From an uncultured virus (IMG/VR IMGVR_UViG_3300037635_003078) (lineage: Duplodnaviria; Heunggongvirae; Uroviricota; Caudoviricetes), in the IMG/VR virus record IMGVR_UViG_3300037635_003078: a stretch of 64,000 nucleotides of DNA. One strand, 5' to 3'. Shown here in pieces: positions 50,706-61,056 of the stretch; within the stretch, counting starts at the first letter, position 1; each line of letters starts with the position of its first letter. The notes under the pieces were generated by a model, which was not told the DNA's origin, made no database searches, and was given only the letters and a program-made list of their open reading frames with translations. A program made the translations under genes and the position numbers.

Positions 50706-51194
50706 ATGGCACAGCTATTAGACCCAAATGAAATTATGTTCACCAACTTCGAACCGAAGATGTCAAATCGGTTCATTATGTATATTGAAGGAATTCCTGC
50801 ATACTTGGTGAAAACCGCTGCAAGACCTGAAATTACAAATGGTAAGGTGACTATTGACCATATCAACACCCGTAGATATGTAAAAGGTCGTTCTGAGTGG
50901 AGTGACTTATCAGTAACTTTATACGATCCAGTAGTACCATCTGCTGCACAAGCTACTATGGAGTGGGTAAGACTACACCACGAATCGGTAACTGGTCGTG
51001 ATGGTTATTCTGACTTCTACAAAAAAGATATCACATTTAACAGTTTGGGTCCTGTTGGTGATAAAGTAGAAGAGTGGACACTAAAAGGAGCATTTATCCA
51101 ATCTGCTAATTTCTCTGACATGGATTATAGTGGTGAAGATATCGCTACTGTTGAAATGACATTGACTTACGATTACGCAATACTACAATACTAA
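50706..51194 (+). CDS. Tail tube protein (T4 gp19-like)
   Basis: Follows the sheath; FEPKMSNRF, W..LSVTLYD, YKKDI, WTLKGAF, TLTYD. Confidence 0.9.
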   Translation: MAQLLDPNEIMFTNFEPKMSNRFIMYIEGIPAYLVKTAARPEITNGKVTIDHINTRRYVKGRSEWSDLSVTLYDPVVPSAAQATMEWVRLHHESVTGRDGYSDFYKKDITFNSLGPVGDKVEEWTLKGAFIQSANFSDMDYSGEDIATVEMTLTYDYAILQY

Positions 51195-51219
51195 AATATT
51201 GATTGTAAAATGAAAACTG

Positions 51220-51249
51220 AAAACCCTCACGTAATTGTGGGGGTTTTTT
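51220..51249 (+). terminator. Intrinsic terminator after tail tube
   Basis: AAAACCCTCAC...GTGGGGGTTTT followed by further T. Confidence 0.85.
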
Positions 51250-51300
51250 AATTTAAAAATAATACTTATATAAGGTTAACCAAATAATAAAGGAGAATAT

Positions 51301-51546
51301 ATGTTATCAATCATTAGAGACGCGTCTACAAAAGTAATCGTATTCGCATCATACGGAAACGTAACACAATCAGAAACCGGTGTAACTTGTGATGTAATCA
51401 GTGACCTTTCAGGTGAAGATTATGGTACAGCTGCTGGTTATGAAAAAGTAGAAGTTGACATGCAATTACCGGAGTCTTACGCGGGTGGAACACACGCACT
51501 TATAGAAGACGGCGCTGGTTATAGATTTGACGCAGTAAGTGGATAA
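51301..51546 (+). CDS. Small hypothetical protein in its own promoter-terminator unit
   Basis: 81 aa; AAGGAG RBS; flanked by near-duplicate terminator/promoter blocks. Confidence 0.75.
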   Translation: MLSIIRDASTKVIVFASYGNVTQSETGVTCDVISDLSGEDYGTAAGYEKVEVDMQLPESYAGGTHALIEDGAGYRFDAVSG

Positions 51547-51573
51547 TATCACTTTATACTTTTAAAATTTTAG

Positions 51574-51600
51574 AAACCCTCACCATTGGTGGGGGTTTTT
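51574..51600 (+). terminator. Intrinsic terminator
   Basis: AAACCCTCACC ATT GGTGGGGGTTT followed by TT. Confidence 0.85.
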
Positions 51601-51664
51601 GTATTATAAATGCCTGAGTTACATACTTATATATGGTTAACCAATAGAATGACAAGGAAAAGTT

Positions 51665-52534
51665 ATGAAAGATTTACAAGACGACTATCAAATGTCTAAT
51701 GAAGAGGCAGTTGAACAATTAAAAAAAGCACATGAGGTGAAACAAGTAAGTGATTACAAGTTTCCAACCGAAATTATCGAACTACCATCTCGTGGTTTGG
51801 TTTATTCTAAAGACAATCCATTATCGAGTGGTAAAGTAGAGATGAAGTACATGACCGCTAGAGAAGAGGATATTCTAACCACTCAGTCATATATCAAAGA
51901 TGGTTCGGTTTTAGACCGATTATTTCAATCTCTAATTGTATCAAATGGTGATGGAACACCTGTTAAGTATGTAGACCTAATAGTGGGTGACAAAAATGCT
52001 ATTATGATAGCAGCACGAATCTTGGGGTATGGTAAAGAATATAAAGTCGAAGTAAATGACCCGTTTAGTAATAATACTCAAAATGAAATCATTGACCTTA
52101 CTCAATTTGATAATAAAGAATATGATGGTTCACATCAATTAGAACAAAACAAAAACGAATTCGAGTTAGAACTTCCACAATCTAAGAGAAAACTGACATT
52201 TATGATTACAACCGAATCTAAGGATAGGAAAGTAAAGCATATACTCAAAGAAGAACGTAAGAAAAATCGTAAACTAAAAAACGAAACAAGTTCTGAACTA
52301 ACCACCCGACTAAAGCAAACAATTTTATCAGTAGATGGTGACTATGACCAGCGTATAATTGATAATTTTGTAGATAATGAGTTATTTGCTCAAGATAGTA
52401 GAGCTCTTAGAACATATATTAAAAAAGTTTCTCCTGATATGGATTTAGAATGGGAATTCATTTCGGAGGAAACTGGGGAAGGGAGGTTTATGTCCTTACC
52501 TATGGACGTGACCTTTTTTTGGCCTGAAGATTAA
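51665..52534 (+). CDS. Tail/baseplate hub assembly chaperone (T4 gp26-like)
   Basis: ELPSRG, MTAREEDIL, GDKNAIMIAARILGYG, ends FFWP; upstream of the tape measure gene. Confidence 0.8.
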   Translation: MKDLQDDYQMSNEEAVEQLKKAHEVKQVSDYKFPTEIIELPSRGLVYSKDNPLSSGKVEMKYMTAREEDILTTQSYIKDGSVLDRLFQSLIVSNGDGTPVKYVDLIVGDKNAIMIAARILGYGKEYKVEVNDPFSNNTQNEIIDLTQFDNKEYDGSHQLEQNKNEFELELPQSKRKLTFMITTESKDRKVKHILKEERKKNRKLKNETSSELTTRLKQTILSVDGDYDQRIIDNFVDNELFAQDSRALRTYIKKVSPDMDLEWEFISEETGEGRFMSLPMDVTFFWPED

Positions 52535-52730
52535 TTACAGACAGCAACTACATTCACATATTTTTGATTTAATTTATCACGGAAATGGTGGGTTTACTTG
52601 GAACGATGTGTATAATATGCCAGTTTGGGCCCGTAAGTTTTACATCAGTAAAATTTTAGAATTTAAACAAGCTGAAAAAAAAGCAAATACAGAATCTATA
52701 AATAAATCACAAAGGGGAACACGAAAATAG
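52512..52730 (+). CDS. Start-less downstream ORF (T4 gp51-like), probable frameshift extension of the chaperone
   Basis: FFGLKINYRQQLHSHIFDLIYHGNGGFTWNDVYNMPVWARKFY...; overlaps the T7 run at 52514-52520. Confidence 0.65.
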   Translation, partial: PFFGLKINYRQQLHSHIFDLIYHGNGGFTWNDVYNMPVWARKFYISKILEFKQAEKKANTESINKSQRGTRK

Positions 52731-52740
52731 TTCCCCTTTG
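52710..52740 (+). terminator. Perfect 11-bp hairpin over the stop codon; terminator or processing site
   Basis: CAAAGGGGAAC N9 GTTCCCCTTTG. Confidence 0.55.
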
Positions 52741-52771
52741 ATATTTATATTAAGATAACAACAGGAGATAT

Positions 52772-52942
52772 ATGAATTTTTTACAAAAACTTGTCGCTCG
52801 CAAAGTTTTAAAAGGTATGGAGAAGTTGGCTCAAAAAGACCCGGCTGTCAATAAAAGCTTTAACGATTTAGCTAAAGCGTCACGCCAACTTAAAATAGAC
52901 ATCGATAATCACATCAAAAACTCTAAAGATACTTTTAAATAA
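52772..52942 (+). CDS. Small hypothetical protein (56 aa, MNFLQKLVARK...), not in ORF track
   Basis: Late motif at 52742 and AGGAG RBS upstream. Confidence 0.7.
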   Translation: MNFLQKLVARKVLKGMEKLAQKDPAVNKSFNDLAKASRQLKIDIDNHIKNSKDTFK

Positions 52943-52961
52943 GTAATATTGGATAACCCAA

Positions 52962-55082
52962 ATGGCAAAGACTAATAAGCAGAGAAACGAAGAGAGTAAG
53001 GCTCGTAAGCAGGCTATGGAGGACAATGACTTCCTTAATAGCCAAGCCGACCTACTTAATCGTAAAATGCAAGACCAAATTGAAAATGCCAAGGAGTTGG
53101 GTAAGCTTAGAAAAAACTTACTAAGTGGAATGGTTGATGAGGTTGATAATCTTGAGCAACAAAGGGAATTATTAGAAGACTACGAAACGTCAATGAAAGA
53201 GTTGGTGGATGGTAGAACTACACATGGTCGAAATTTAAAAGAAGAAGTAGATACACTCAAGGATGTAATCAAGACTGAAGAACGGAGGCGGGACTTACAA
53301 GGTGAACTTGAGACCAAAGCAAATGGTATGTTAGATGGTCTTGAAGGTCAAATCAAAAATATCCCACTCATTGGGGGATTATTAGCATCTACAATGGACT
53401 TTGGTGGATTAAAAAAACAAATGGGTGGTATTATGAAGGGTATTACCCAACAATTCGTAATGTTAACTGCTGCGGGAGTTCCCGCTGGTAAGGCAATTGC
53501 AATGTCGTTTAGGTCAGCAATCCCATCTATAATATCATTTGGGGCAAGTTTATGGGCCGCAATTTCACCACTCCTACCGATTATTCTTCCTATTATAGCC
53601 GCAATGGTTCTATTGAAAAAAGCACTTGGAGTTGACCAACAAGTAGCTGATTTAAGTCGTGAGATGGGTATTGCTAATAGTCAAGCTAAAGAAATGGTTA
53701 CCAACTTTAATAATATGTCTGTTATGAGTGGTAACTTGAATATTAATACCAAGAGTCTGATTGAGTCTCAAAAACAACTCGCAGAGTCCATAGGAATGAC
53801 TGCACAATATTCCGCCAAAATGTTACAAGACCAAATTCACTTGACTAAGTATATGGGTATGTCTGGTGAAGAGGCTGCAAACTTCCAAAAGATGTCAGCT
53901 GCATCTGGCATGAGTGTTCGTGATATGCAAACCGAAGTAGCATCGACAGTTGGTGGTTTTAATGAACTCACAGGTGCTTCAGTCGACTTTGCCGGTGTAC
54001 TAAAAGACATATCCAACTTATCTTTAGAAATGCGTTCTACATTCAAGGGTAATGTTAAAGAGATGGCTATGGCAGTTACTCAAGCGAAGGCATTGGGTAC
54101 TACATTACAAGAATCATCGGATGCCGCAGATAATCTTCTTAATATGGAAAGTTCACTTCAAGCCGAGATGAAAGCAAGAGTGTTAACTGGTGTTAACCTC
54201 AATAACACTGCTATCCGTGCAGCACAACTAGCAGGTGAACAAGGTGAAGTATTACGACTCCAAGCAAAACAAATGAGTGAGATTGGTGATGTGAGTCAAA
54301 AGTCACGAATCCAACAAAAGGCAATTGCAGATGCAATGGGTATGTCAGTTGACCAAATGTTGAAGATGAATGAACAGCAAATGGTTATGAATAAGTTGGG
54401 TGTTAAAAACTTAGACAATGTAAGTAAGGAACAACTAATGAGTGCCGGTCTATCTGATGAAAAGGCCAAGCAAATGATACTTGATAGAGAGAAACAATCT
54501 CAACAAGAAAAGATGAGTGCTGCAATGGATAAGATGAATGCAGCTCTTGCTGAAGCAGGTGCTATTATTCTTCCAGTTGTTGGTTACTTGGTTGACCTGA
54601 TTCTACCAACGATAATTAATTCGTTCAAAATGGTAGGTGCGATATTCAAACTTCTTAGAGGGTTTATTACATTATTTACTGACCCAATTGAGGGTATTAA
54701 GATGATGGGTCAGGCAATTTATGACTTTGTTGTAGCACCATTTCAATGGGTTGGTGACACGATTGGTGCTCTATTTGGGGGTGGTGGCACTAAATCCACT
54801 GGATATGACGAGGGTGCATCCGACTCCATAGATGATGGTGTAATTACACCAAGTGGTGATGTAATCAAAACCAATCCGGCAGACTTTATTATGGCAACTA
54901 CCAATCCAGCAGCAATGGCCGGTAAATTAGCAGGTGATAGTGCCGGTGGTGGTATTGACTATGACAGGCTGGCAGCTGCAATGGGTAACCAACCTCTTCA
55001 AATTGTAGTAGATGGTAGAGTAATTAGTGAAATTACTAAGAAACAATCAATGAATAAATCATTTAATAAGCAGATGGGATAA
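52962..55082 (+). CDS. Tape measure protein
   Basis: Helical Ala/Met/Gln-rich with hydrophobic stretches; follows the chaperone; C-terminal IVVDGRVI. Confidence 0.82.
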   Translation: MAKTNKQRNEESKARKQAMEDNDFLNSQADLLNRKMQDQIENAKELGKLRKNLLSGMVDEVDNLEQQRELLEDYETSMKELVDGRTTHGRNLKEEVDTLKDVIKTEERRRDLQGELETKANGMLDGLEGQIKNIPLIGGLLASTMDFGGLKKQMGGIMKGITQQFVMLTAAGVPAGKAIAMSFRSAIPSIISFGASLWAAISPLLPIILPIIAAMVLLKKALGVDQQVADLSREMGIANSQAKEMVTNFNNMSVMSGNLNINTKSLIESQKQLAESIGMTAQYSAKMLQDQIHLTKYMGMSGEEAANFQKMSAASGMSVRDMQTEVASTVGGFNELTGASVDFAGVLKDISNLSLEMRSTFKGNVKEMAMAVTQAKALGTTLQESSDAADNLLNMESSLQAEMKARVLTGVNLNNTAIRAAQLAGEQGEVLRLQAKQMSEIGDVSQKSRIQQKAIADAMGMSVDQMLKMNEQQMVMNKLGVKNLDNVSKEQLMSAGLSDEKAKQMILDREKQSQQEKMSAAMDKMNAALAEAGAIILPVVGYLVDLILPTIINSFKMVGAIFKLLRGFITLFTDPIEGIKMMGQAIYDFVVAPFQWVGDTIGALFGGGGTKSTGYDEGASDSIDDGVITPSGDVIKTNPADFIMATTNPAAMAGKLAGDSAGGGIDYDRLAAAMGNQPLQIVVDGRVISEITKKQSMNKSFNKQMG

Positions 55083-55086
55083 TTGG

Positions 55087-57834
55087 ATGGCATTAAAAGA
55101 TTTAAAATCAGATTTGTCTAAGTTTAGAAGACCAACAGAGAAACCACTTTCTGACAAGAAGAGAGTGGATATCCCTAAGTCTACTAATCAGACCCCATTG
55201 TCTCAACTTGTGGACAAGTCCCCATCTGCTCCTAAATCAAATACAACTACACCTAAACAAGGTGTAACTCCAAACAAGTTTGATAACTCATCAAACTATT
55301 TGGGAGAAACGACCCCATCTAAGTTTGATAACTCATCAAACTATTTGGGAGAAACGGCCCCATCTAAAATGTCGTTGGAAGAACGATACTTAGGACAAAC
55401 TGAAACACAAGAAGTAAATCAAGGCGATAAATTTAAAGGTGAAACGAAAACGGAAAATATTACTCAAGGAGATAGATTTAAGGGTCAAACGACTCCTCAA
55501 GACTACTCCGGTGAGGAAAAGTTCAAAGGTGAAACCACCCCATCCGAATTCAGATTCATTCAAAACTTCTTAGGTGAGACTACGCCAAGTGAATTTAGTT
55601 TAACTGAAAAGTTCTTAGGTGAAACAACTCCTACTGAGTTTAACTTAGAAGAGAAGTTCTTAGGTGAGACAACTCCTACTGAGTTTAACTCAGAAGAGAA
55701 GTTCTTAGGTGAGACTACGCCAGCTGATTTTAATTTGAGTGAAAAGTTCTTAGGTGAAACTACACCAACTGAAGTAAACTACATTACCGATGTTCATGCA
55801 AAGGGGTTTACTTCTGAGTTTAATCGTATGGATGATAGTAAATTTACAGGAATTACATCTCCTAAAGAGTTTAACCAAAACTCTTCAAAGTTCTCTAACT
55901 TTAAAACCGGATTTACAACAAACGAAGAATCTAAAAAAACGGAATTTGTAGTAGAGTTGTCACAATATTCTGATTTCCAAAAAATAAATCCTGGATTGTC
56001 TTTTGAAGCAGGTTATGGTCAATTTAGAACTGGTGGTGTAACTGGTGATACTCAAAAATACACTCCTGACGGGAATCGATACTCTGATGTATATAAAAGT
56101 ATTGGTGATATGATGGAGCAACGTAATTCACCATCATTTTTAGATAAGATGTATCACAAATTTAATCTTAAAGATGATTCACCAAACTCATTAAACATAA
56201 TAAAAGCACCTTACATACTCCGCGGTATACAACGTAAAAAAATATCAAAAGGTGAACCTCAATTTTGGGACTTTGGTCTTGGTATAGATGATGGTCTAAT
56301 TAGAGGTGGTATTGTAGCATCTACTACACGAGCATTGGTAGATGTCGCAAGGATTGGGTCATTCTTCTTATCAGCAAAAGGATTATTATGGGGTGTACGA
56401 CAAATTGGATTACAACGTAGTCAGAAATATGGTAAGACTTGGACACCTGTAAATCTTTTAGCAAGTTTGGCAGGGCAACATTTAGGTTTAAAATTTGATA
56501 GACCTGACTTAATCCCATTAGGTAAACAGGGTTGGAAATATAATCCCAATGCTTCAATAAATGTAAGCCCATTAAGAACTTTGTATACCCTTTTCCGATT
56601 AAAAGGTATTCGTAACGATGTATTTCCATTGAGGACAGACCTTAAAGGTGGATTTGATTCAATTTATGGAATTGGTGCAAGTATAACAAATCGATTCATT
56701 AATACATTTGACAATAGTGGTACACGATATGGTAATACAACCGCATATATCGGAATAGACAATCGATTCTCAATAGGACCGACTTCACCATATGCTAAAA
56801 CGAAAAAAGATAATCCGATTCTTTTTGCTAAAAAGCGTTATGAATTCCAAATAAATGATAGTCTTAGAGCAAATGATGATGGTACTAAAACCACATTAGC
56901 TAAACAAACCCAAGAAGCCTCACCAATTCCAATCGATGATGTATTTGAAAAAAGAGGATTGTATAAATCTGATGGTAAAACTAAAGGTCCTGGTAATGAT
57001 ATAAAAGATTACGAAGCAGTATCATATGGTACGATAGCTAAAATAGCAAATGGTGACAATCCATCAGATTACAAAGGTGATTTTAGAAATCTAAAAGATA
57101 GTAATTATAATATTGATTCTGCCACGGTAGCTGGTGATGATTATACCGCAAATAATCTAATAACAAAATACGGCCTCGGACAAACCTTCAAAACAAATGC
57201 AGAACGTTTATCAGAGACCCGACTTGATACGATTGGTACGGCAAACGTAGGTGATGCTGAATTAGATGATATCGTTAAGCTGGTATTTAAAACCAATAGT
57301 AGTAATCTATGTCAATTTAGAGGAACTGTTAGTGGAATTACCGAAACATTCTCACCATCGTGGAATGGTGAAAAGCCAAATGGTAGAGCTGATAAAGCTT
57401 ATATGATGACTGAATTCGAAAGAACATTATCATTTAATTTTAAAGTAATGGCGTACTCGAAAGCGGAATTAGTCCCAATGTGGGAAAAGTTAAAACAATT
57501 AGCAACCTTCGCAATGCCATTTTATGGGAGTAGTACTGGTTATCGTGGAAGAGTTCTTAGTTTTACATTGGGTGATTTATGGAAAAATCACAATTCGTTG
57601 TTAACATCACTATCGTATACAATGTCCGATGAAGTATCTTGGGACATTAGAAAAGATATAACCATCCCAAGATTTGTAGACGTTTCAGTTGGACTCACAT
57701 TAGTAGGTGACGCAGTTCACAGTGAAAACAGTACTCCTAACTTATACGACTTTGTACCACCACTTGATGGTCCTTCTGCTCCATTATCTTCCGGAGATGA
57801 CCTTGGGCAGGGTACAGCAATAAATTTAGTTTAA
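55087..57834 (+). CDS. Baseplate / tail-tube-initiator-like protein with N-terminal 15-aa repeats
   Basis: C-terminal QFRG-x-ITETFSPSW, GRAD, FERTLSFNF, LTSLSYT, WDI..IPR. Confidence 0.65.
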   Translation: MALKDLKSDLSKFRRPTEKPLSDKKRVDIPKSTNQTPLSQLVDKSPSAPKSNTTTPKQGVTPNKFDNSSNYLGETTPSKFDNSSNYLGETAPSKMSLEERYLGQTETQEVNQGDKFKGETKTENITQGDRFKGQTTPQDYSGEEKFKGETTPSEFRFIQNFLGETTPSEFSLTEKFLGETTPTEFNLEEKFLGETTPTEFNSEEKFLGETTPADFNLSEKFLGETTPTEVNYITDVHAKGFTSEFNRMDDSKFTGITSPKEFNQNSSKFSNFKTGFTTNEESKKTEFVVELSQYSDFQKINPGLSFEAGYGQFRTGGVTGDTQKYTPDGNRYSDVYKSIGDMMEQRNSPSFLDKMYHKFNLKDDSPNSLNIIKAPYILRGIQRKKISKGEPQFWDFGLGIDDGLIRGGIVASTTRALVDVARIGSFFLSAKGLLWGVRQIGLQRSQKYGKTWTPVNLLASLAGQHLGLKFDRPDLIPLGKQGWKYNPNASINVSPLRTLYTLFRLKGIRNDVFPLRTDLKGGFDSIYGIGASITNRFINTFDNSGTRYGNTTAYIGIDNRFSIGPTSPYAKTKKDNPILFAKKRYEFQINDSLRANDDGTKTTLAKQTQEASPIPIDDVFEKRGLYKSDGKTKGPGNDIKDYEAVSYGTIAKIANGDNPSDYKGDFRNLKDSNYNIDSATVAGDDYTANNLITKYGLGQTFKTNAERLSETRLDTIGTANVGDAELDDIVKLVFKTNSSNLCQFRGTVSGITETFSPSWNGEKPNGRADKAYMMTEFERTLSFNFKVMAYSKAELVPMWEKLKQLATFAMPFYGSSTGYRGRVLSFTLGDLWKNHNSLLTSLSYTMSDEVSWDIRKDITIPRFVDVSVGLTLVGDAVHSENSTPNLYDFVPPLDGPSAPLSSGDDLGQGTAINLV
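55276..55775 (+). repeat. 45-nt / 15-aa repeat (F/Y)(L/K)GETTP, about 11 copies
   Basis: TTCTTAGGTGA at 55567, 55612, 55657, 55702, 55747, with degenerate copies upstream. Confidence 0.85.
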
Positions 57835-57837
57835 ACT

Positions 57838-58134
57838 ATGAATAGATATGATGACATAGAACTCCGTAAAGATAAAACCGGCCGTAGATTTAAGTCTACT
57901 GTAAAATTACCTATTATAGAACCACAAAATAGTGATATATACATAATAGGTATGGTAGGTGATAGATTGGATACGTTAGCTTATAAGTATTATAATAAAT
58001 CATCGTATTGGTGGATTATAGCAAGAGCAAATAATATTGGTAATGGTGATTTTGTAGTACCAATTGGTAAACAATTAAGAATACCACAAAGTATAGAACA
58101 AATAGTAAATGCGTACAACCAATTAAATAGTTAA
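57838..58134 (+). CDS. LysM-like baseplate wedge protein (gp53 / tail X-like)
   Basis: GDRLDTLAYKYY...WWIIARAN...G-x-QLRIP. Confidence 0.85.
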   Translation: MNRYDDIELRKDKTGRRFKSTVKLPIIEPQNSDIYIIGMVGDRLDTLAYKYYNKSSYWWIIARANNIGNGDFVVPIGKQLRIPQSIEQIVNAYNQLNS

Positions 58135-58139
58135 TAGTT

Positions 58140-59996
58140 ATGGGAGTATTTTCAAGAGCAAGTTTCGGCGCAAGTGGTAATTTAGGTAAAATATCCGAAT
58201 ATATAAAAAATCCAAATGCAGATGATAATTCGAAAATATGGAATTATGGAAAATACGCGTATATTAGTATACAAACCAATGGTACTAACAATGCAGGTTT
58301 ATGTTCTCCTGCTTCTGGTGTAACCCTTGGTGATAACCCACTAAATTCTTCTGAAAAGTATAATTCTTTAATAAGTAGAGATGGTTCACGTGATGTGCCA
58401 GCTAAACCATTATTAGAATCTGTTAGAATAAACAATGATGGTTCGAACGATGTTTCAGATTCCGCTCTATTTGATATTGATGTATCATTCAAGTGTTATT
58501 CAAAAAGTCAATTCGCAACATATGAATCGGCATTTTTCCGAGTAGGTAATGGTGTTACTTTATCATTTGGGTACAAGGGGTTAGGTTTTGGGGCATCAAT
58601 GTCGGCAAACGTATATAACTTTGGATTTTCAATGGATGCAAGTGGCGTTTACTCATGTAATCTGAAACTAACTGGTAAAAATAGATTCTCTGCTGTTTTA
58701 GCCATGGACCAAACATTAGCCGGAACAGGTACTACAATTAAAGATGAAGAAGATAACGATATCACGGCATTTAACATTCCAAGTGAATTAAACAATAGAT
58801 TTATAACTGCCTTTCCAGAGTATGAGGAGTCGAGTGTCATACAAAAGGGTGGCACCAAGGACTTTGTACCGGATGGTGAAGCAAAACTTAGTGGTGGGTA
58901 TGCCGTAGCTAATATACAAACAAAATCTGGCGCAGATTTTAAAATATTGGGGATGGTAAACGTAGACTTTGATGATATGTTTGTTAAATACGTAAAATTT
59001 AGTGAATTGATTGATGTCATCAATACCGCACATTCTAATAGTGGATTCAAATGGGGGTTTGGAGATGCAAAAGGAAAATTCATACCACAATTTGCGTCAG
59101 CTGACCCATCGAAATTATTATTAGATGGTGATATGGCAACTTATGGTGAAACCGCGGCTACAACCTTCAATGATGGTATTAAAAATAATTTAGCAACCGG
59201 AACTGGCTTTGATGGTAATGCAAAAGATATGTTGATATCGTTGGATTTGATAAACACTACCATAGACCGATTGGTTGAAAGAGCAAAGGAAGATAAAGAT
59301 GCAAAGGGTGAGAGTAGTGTAAATAATTTTCTAAGAGTTTTGTGCGCAACAATTAAAGATTTAACTGGTGGGTTATATCCATTAACAATATACAATGATG
59401 GGTTTAAGAACTCTAATAAATTTTTAATAGTAAATGAAAGAGCAGAACACCAAAAGGGTATCAGTGCCGCTTATACGTTTAAAACTCACGACTTAGGTTC
59501 TGTTTTAAAATCAGTCAACTTATCATCAAATATGGATTCTGACATGGCCGCAGCAGCATTGGTATCAAATCGTGGGGGGGAGATACCTAAAGGCGCGTTT
59601 GATAATCTATATAACGATTGTGGTCCCAATCTTGAAACAACAGCACCACCTGTACAAATAACATTGGATGACATTCAAAAGAAAAAAGAAGAATTAGGTA
59701 CAGGGTTATCAGCGGAACGTTCTCAAGGCCTTAAAGATATTATGAAGTCATACATAAGTAATAAACCAGCTCCAACTGGTACTGATACCGGTTACAGATA
59801 CATGATTGACTTATCTGTAACTTGTTATGGTGTATGGGGTACAAATATTGGTGATACATTTAGTTTCGATGGGTTACCTGCAAAATACATCGGCGCAGGT
59901 AAATATTTTTGTGTAGGTAAAATGGAACATAGCTTTGATGGACAAGGTAATTGGGAAACAAGCTTTACTGGATTCTTAAAATTGGATGCTCAATAA
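58140..59996 (+). CDS. Baseplate hub-like protein
   Basis: Position after the LysM gene; C-terminal SVTCYG...IGDTF...LP..Y...MEHSF...WETS. Confidence 0.6.
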   Translation: MGVFSRASFGASGNLGKISEYIKNPNADDNSKIWNYGKYAYISIQTNGTNNAGLCSPASGVTLGDNPLNSSEKYNSLISRDGSRDVPAKPLLESVRINNDGSNDVSDSALFDIDVSFKCYSKSQFATYESAFFRVGNGVTLSFGYKGLGFGASMSANVYNFGFSMDASGVYSCNLKLTGKNRFSAVLAMDQTLAGTGTTIKDEEDNDITAFNIPSELNNRFITAFPEYEESSVIQKGGTKDFVPDGEAKLSGGYAVANIQTKSGADFKILGMVNVDFDDMFVKYVKFSELIDVINTAHSNSGFKWGFGDAKGKFIPQFASADPSKLLLDGDMATYGETAATTFNDGIKNNLATGTGFDGNAKDMLISLDLINTTIDRLVERAKEDKDAKGESSVNNFLRVLCATIKDLTGGLYPLTIYNDGFKNSNKFLIVNERAEHQKGISAAYTFKTHDLGSVLKSVNLSSNMDSDMAAAALVSNRGGEIPKGAFDNLYNDCGPNLETTAPPVQITLDDIQKKKEELGTGLSAERSQGLKDIMKSYISNKPAPTGTDTGYRYMIDLSVTCYGVWGTNIGDTFSFDGLPAKYIGAGKYFCVGKMEHSFDGQGNWETSFTGFLKLDAQ

Positions 59997-60532
59997 TGGC
60001 CAAACGATTAAAAGTATATTATCCCAAAGGTCAAATTCAAAACGGACTTTACACTCAAGGTAAGGAGTGGATGTCGCCTGATGGTACTGAATATGTTGGT
60101 GATTACCATACATATAGTACTGGTGAGGTCTTTACTAAAGGAGTTTACTTAAAAGGTGTATCTGAAAAATTAATAAAGTATGTTGACCTATCACTTATAG
60201 ATAATTCTGAAAAATTTAAATACGATTCTCTAAATAAGCTTGATGTTAGTTTCAACTTTGCTGTGTATGGTATTTCAACACCAATAGAATCGGATTATGT
60301 AAATGGTTACTTTATTCGTTATTTTGTAAAACGTCATTTTAATGATATAATCACTGAAGTTAATAAAGATGTTTATTCTACTATTAGTACCGAGTTCTAT
60401 AAAAAAACAGAAGTTAGATGGAAATTGGTAGACAACGCTGACTTTGTAAATCGCAAGCAGATAGAGTTAGGTAATGAAACCATAAAAGGACTTTCAAACT
60501 ACATCACTAACTATTCAGAATTCTTAAAATAA
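59996..60532 (+). CDS. Hypothetical tail-cluster protein
   Basis: TAATG overlap gives ATG at 59996; LYTQGKEW, YVGDYH, DYVNGYFIRYF. Confidence 0.7.
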   Translation: MAKRLKVYYPKGQIQNGLYTQGKEWMSPDGTEYVGDYHTYSTGEVFTKGVYLKGVSEKLIKYVDLSLIDNSEKFKYDSLNKLDVSFNFAVYGISTPIESDYVNGYFIRYFVKRHFNDIITEVNKDVYSTISTEFYKKTEVRWKLVDNADFVNRKQIELGNETIKGLSNYITNYSEFLK

Positions 60533-60586
60533 TAACAATTTCTTAACATTAAAATTTGGTATATCCAAATAATTTTCGTATCTTTA
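60533..60586 (+). promoter_or_regulatory. Bacteroidota-type promoter with upstream TAACA direct repeat
   Basis: TTTGG at 60555 and TATCTTTA at 60579. Confidence 0.65.
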
Positions 60587-60608
60587 CTATGTAAAAGATA
60601 GATAAGTT

Positions 60609-60944
60609 ATGAAAGTAAAAGAAATTAAATATGGTATCGAAATCACGAAACCATGGAATGCCGAAATGTACAACCACAATGAGAAAGTATCCGACTTGAT
60701 GAAAGCTGAGTTGAGGTTGGCTTTGAACAATGCTATGAAAACTGAAAACGAGGAACTTCTAAGAGACGTTGCTTCCGTGATTTGTCCAAGTGGATATGGT
60801 ATTGGGTTTGAGATGGAAGACATCTACAATGAGTCTCTTAGAGAGTTAGGGATGGTTGAAAACTATTGGTTAAACGAAGAGTACCCCTATGGAGTAACAA
60901 AAGGTATAGTTCCTTCAGTTGAACTTGAATTCATAGGTTACTAA
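60609..60944 (+). CDS. Hypothetical early-type protein
   Basis: 111 aa ORF with own promoter. Confidence 0.75.
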   Translation: MKVKEIKYGIEITKPWNAEMYNHNEKVSDLMKAELRLALNNAMKTENEELLRDVASVICPSGYGIGFEMEDIYNESLRELGMVENYWLNEEYPYGVTKGIVPSVELEFIGY

Positions 60945-60948
60945 ACTT

Positions 60949-61003
60949 TAACAATTTCTTAACATTAAAAGTTTGGTGATTTCAATATTAATCACTATAT
61001 TAG
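60949..61003 (+). promoter_or_regulatory. Second copy of the Bacteroidota-type promoter block
   Basis: TAACAATTTCTTAACATTAAAA repeated exactly; TTTGG at 60972 and TATATTAG at 60996. Confidence 0.65.
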
Positions 61004-61056
61004 TACTGTTGATGTGGGGATGTTACCACGATAATAAAAAATAAAAAATAAAAATT

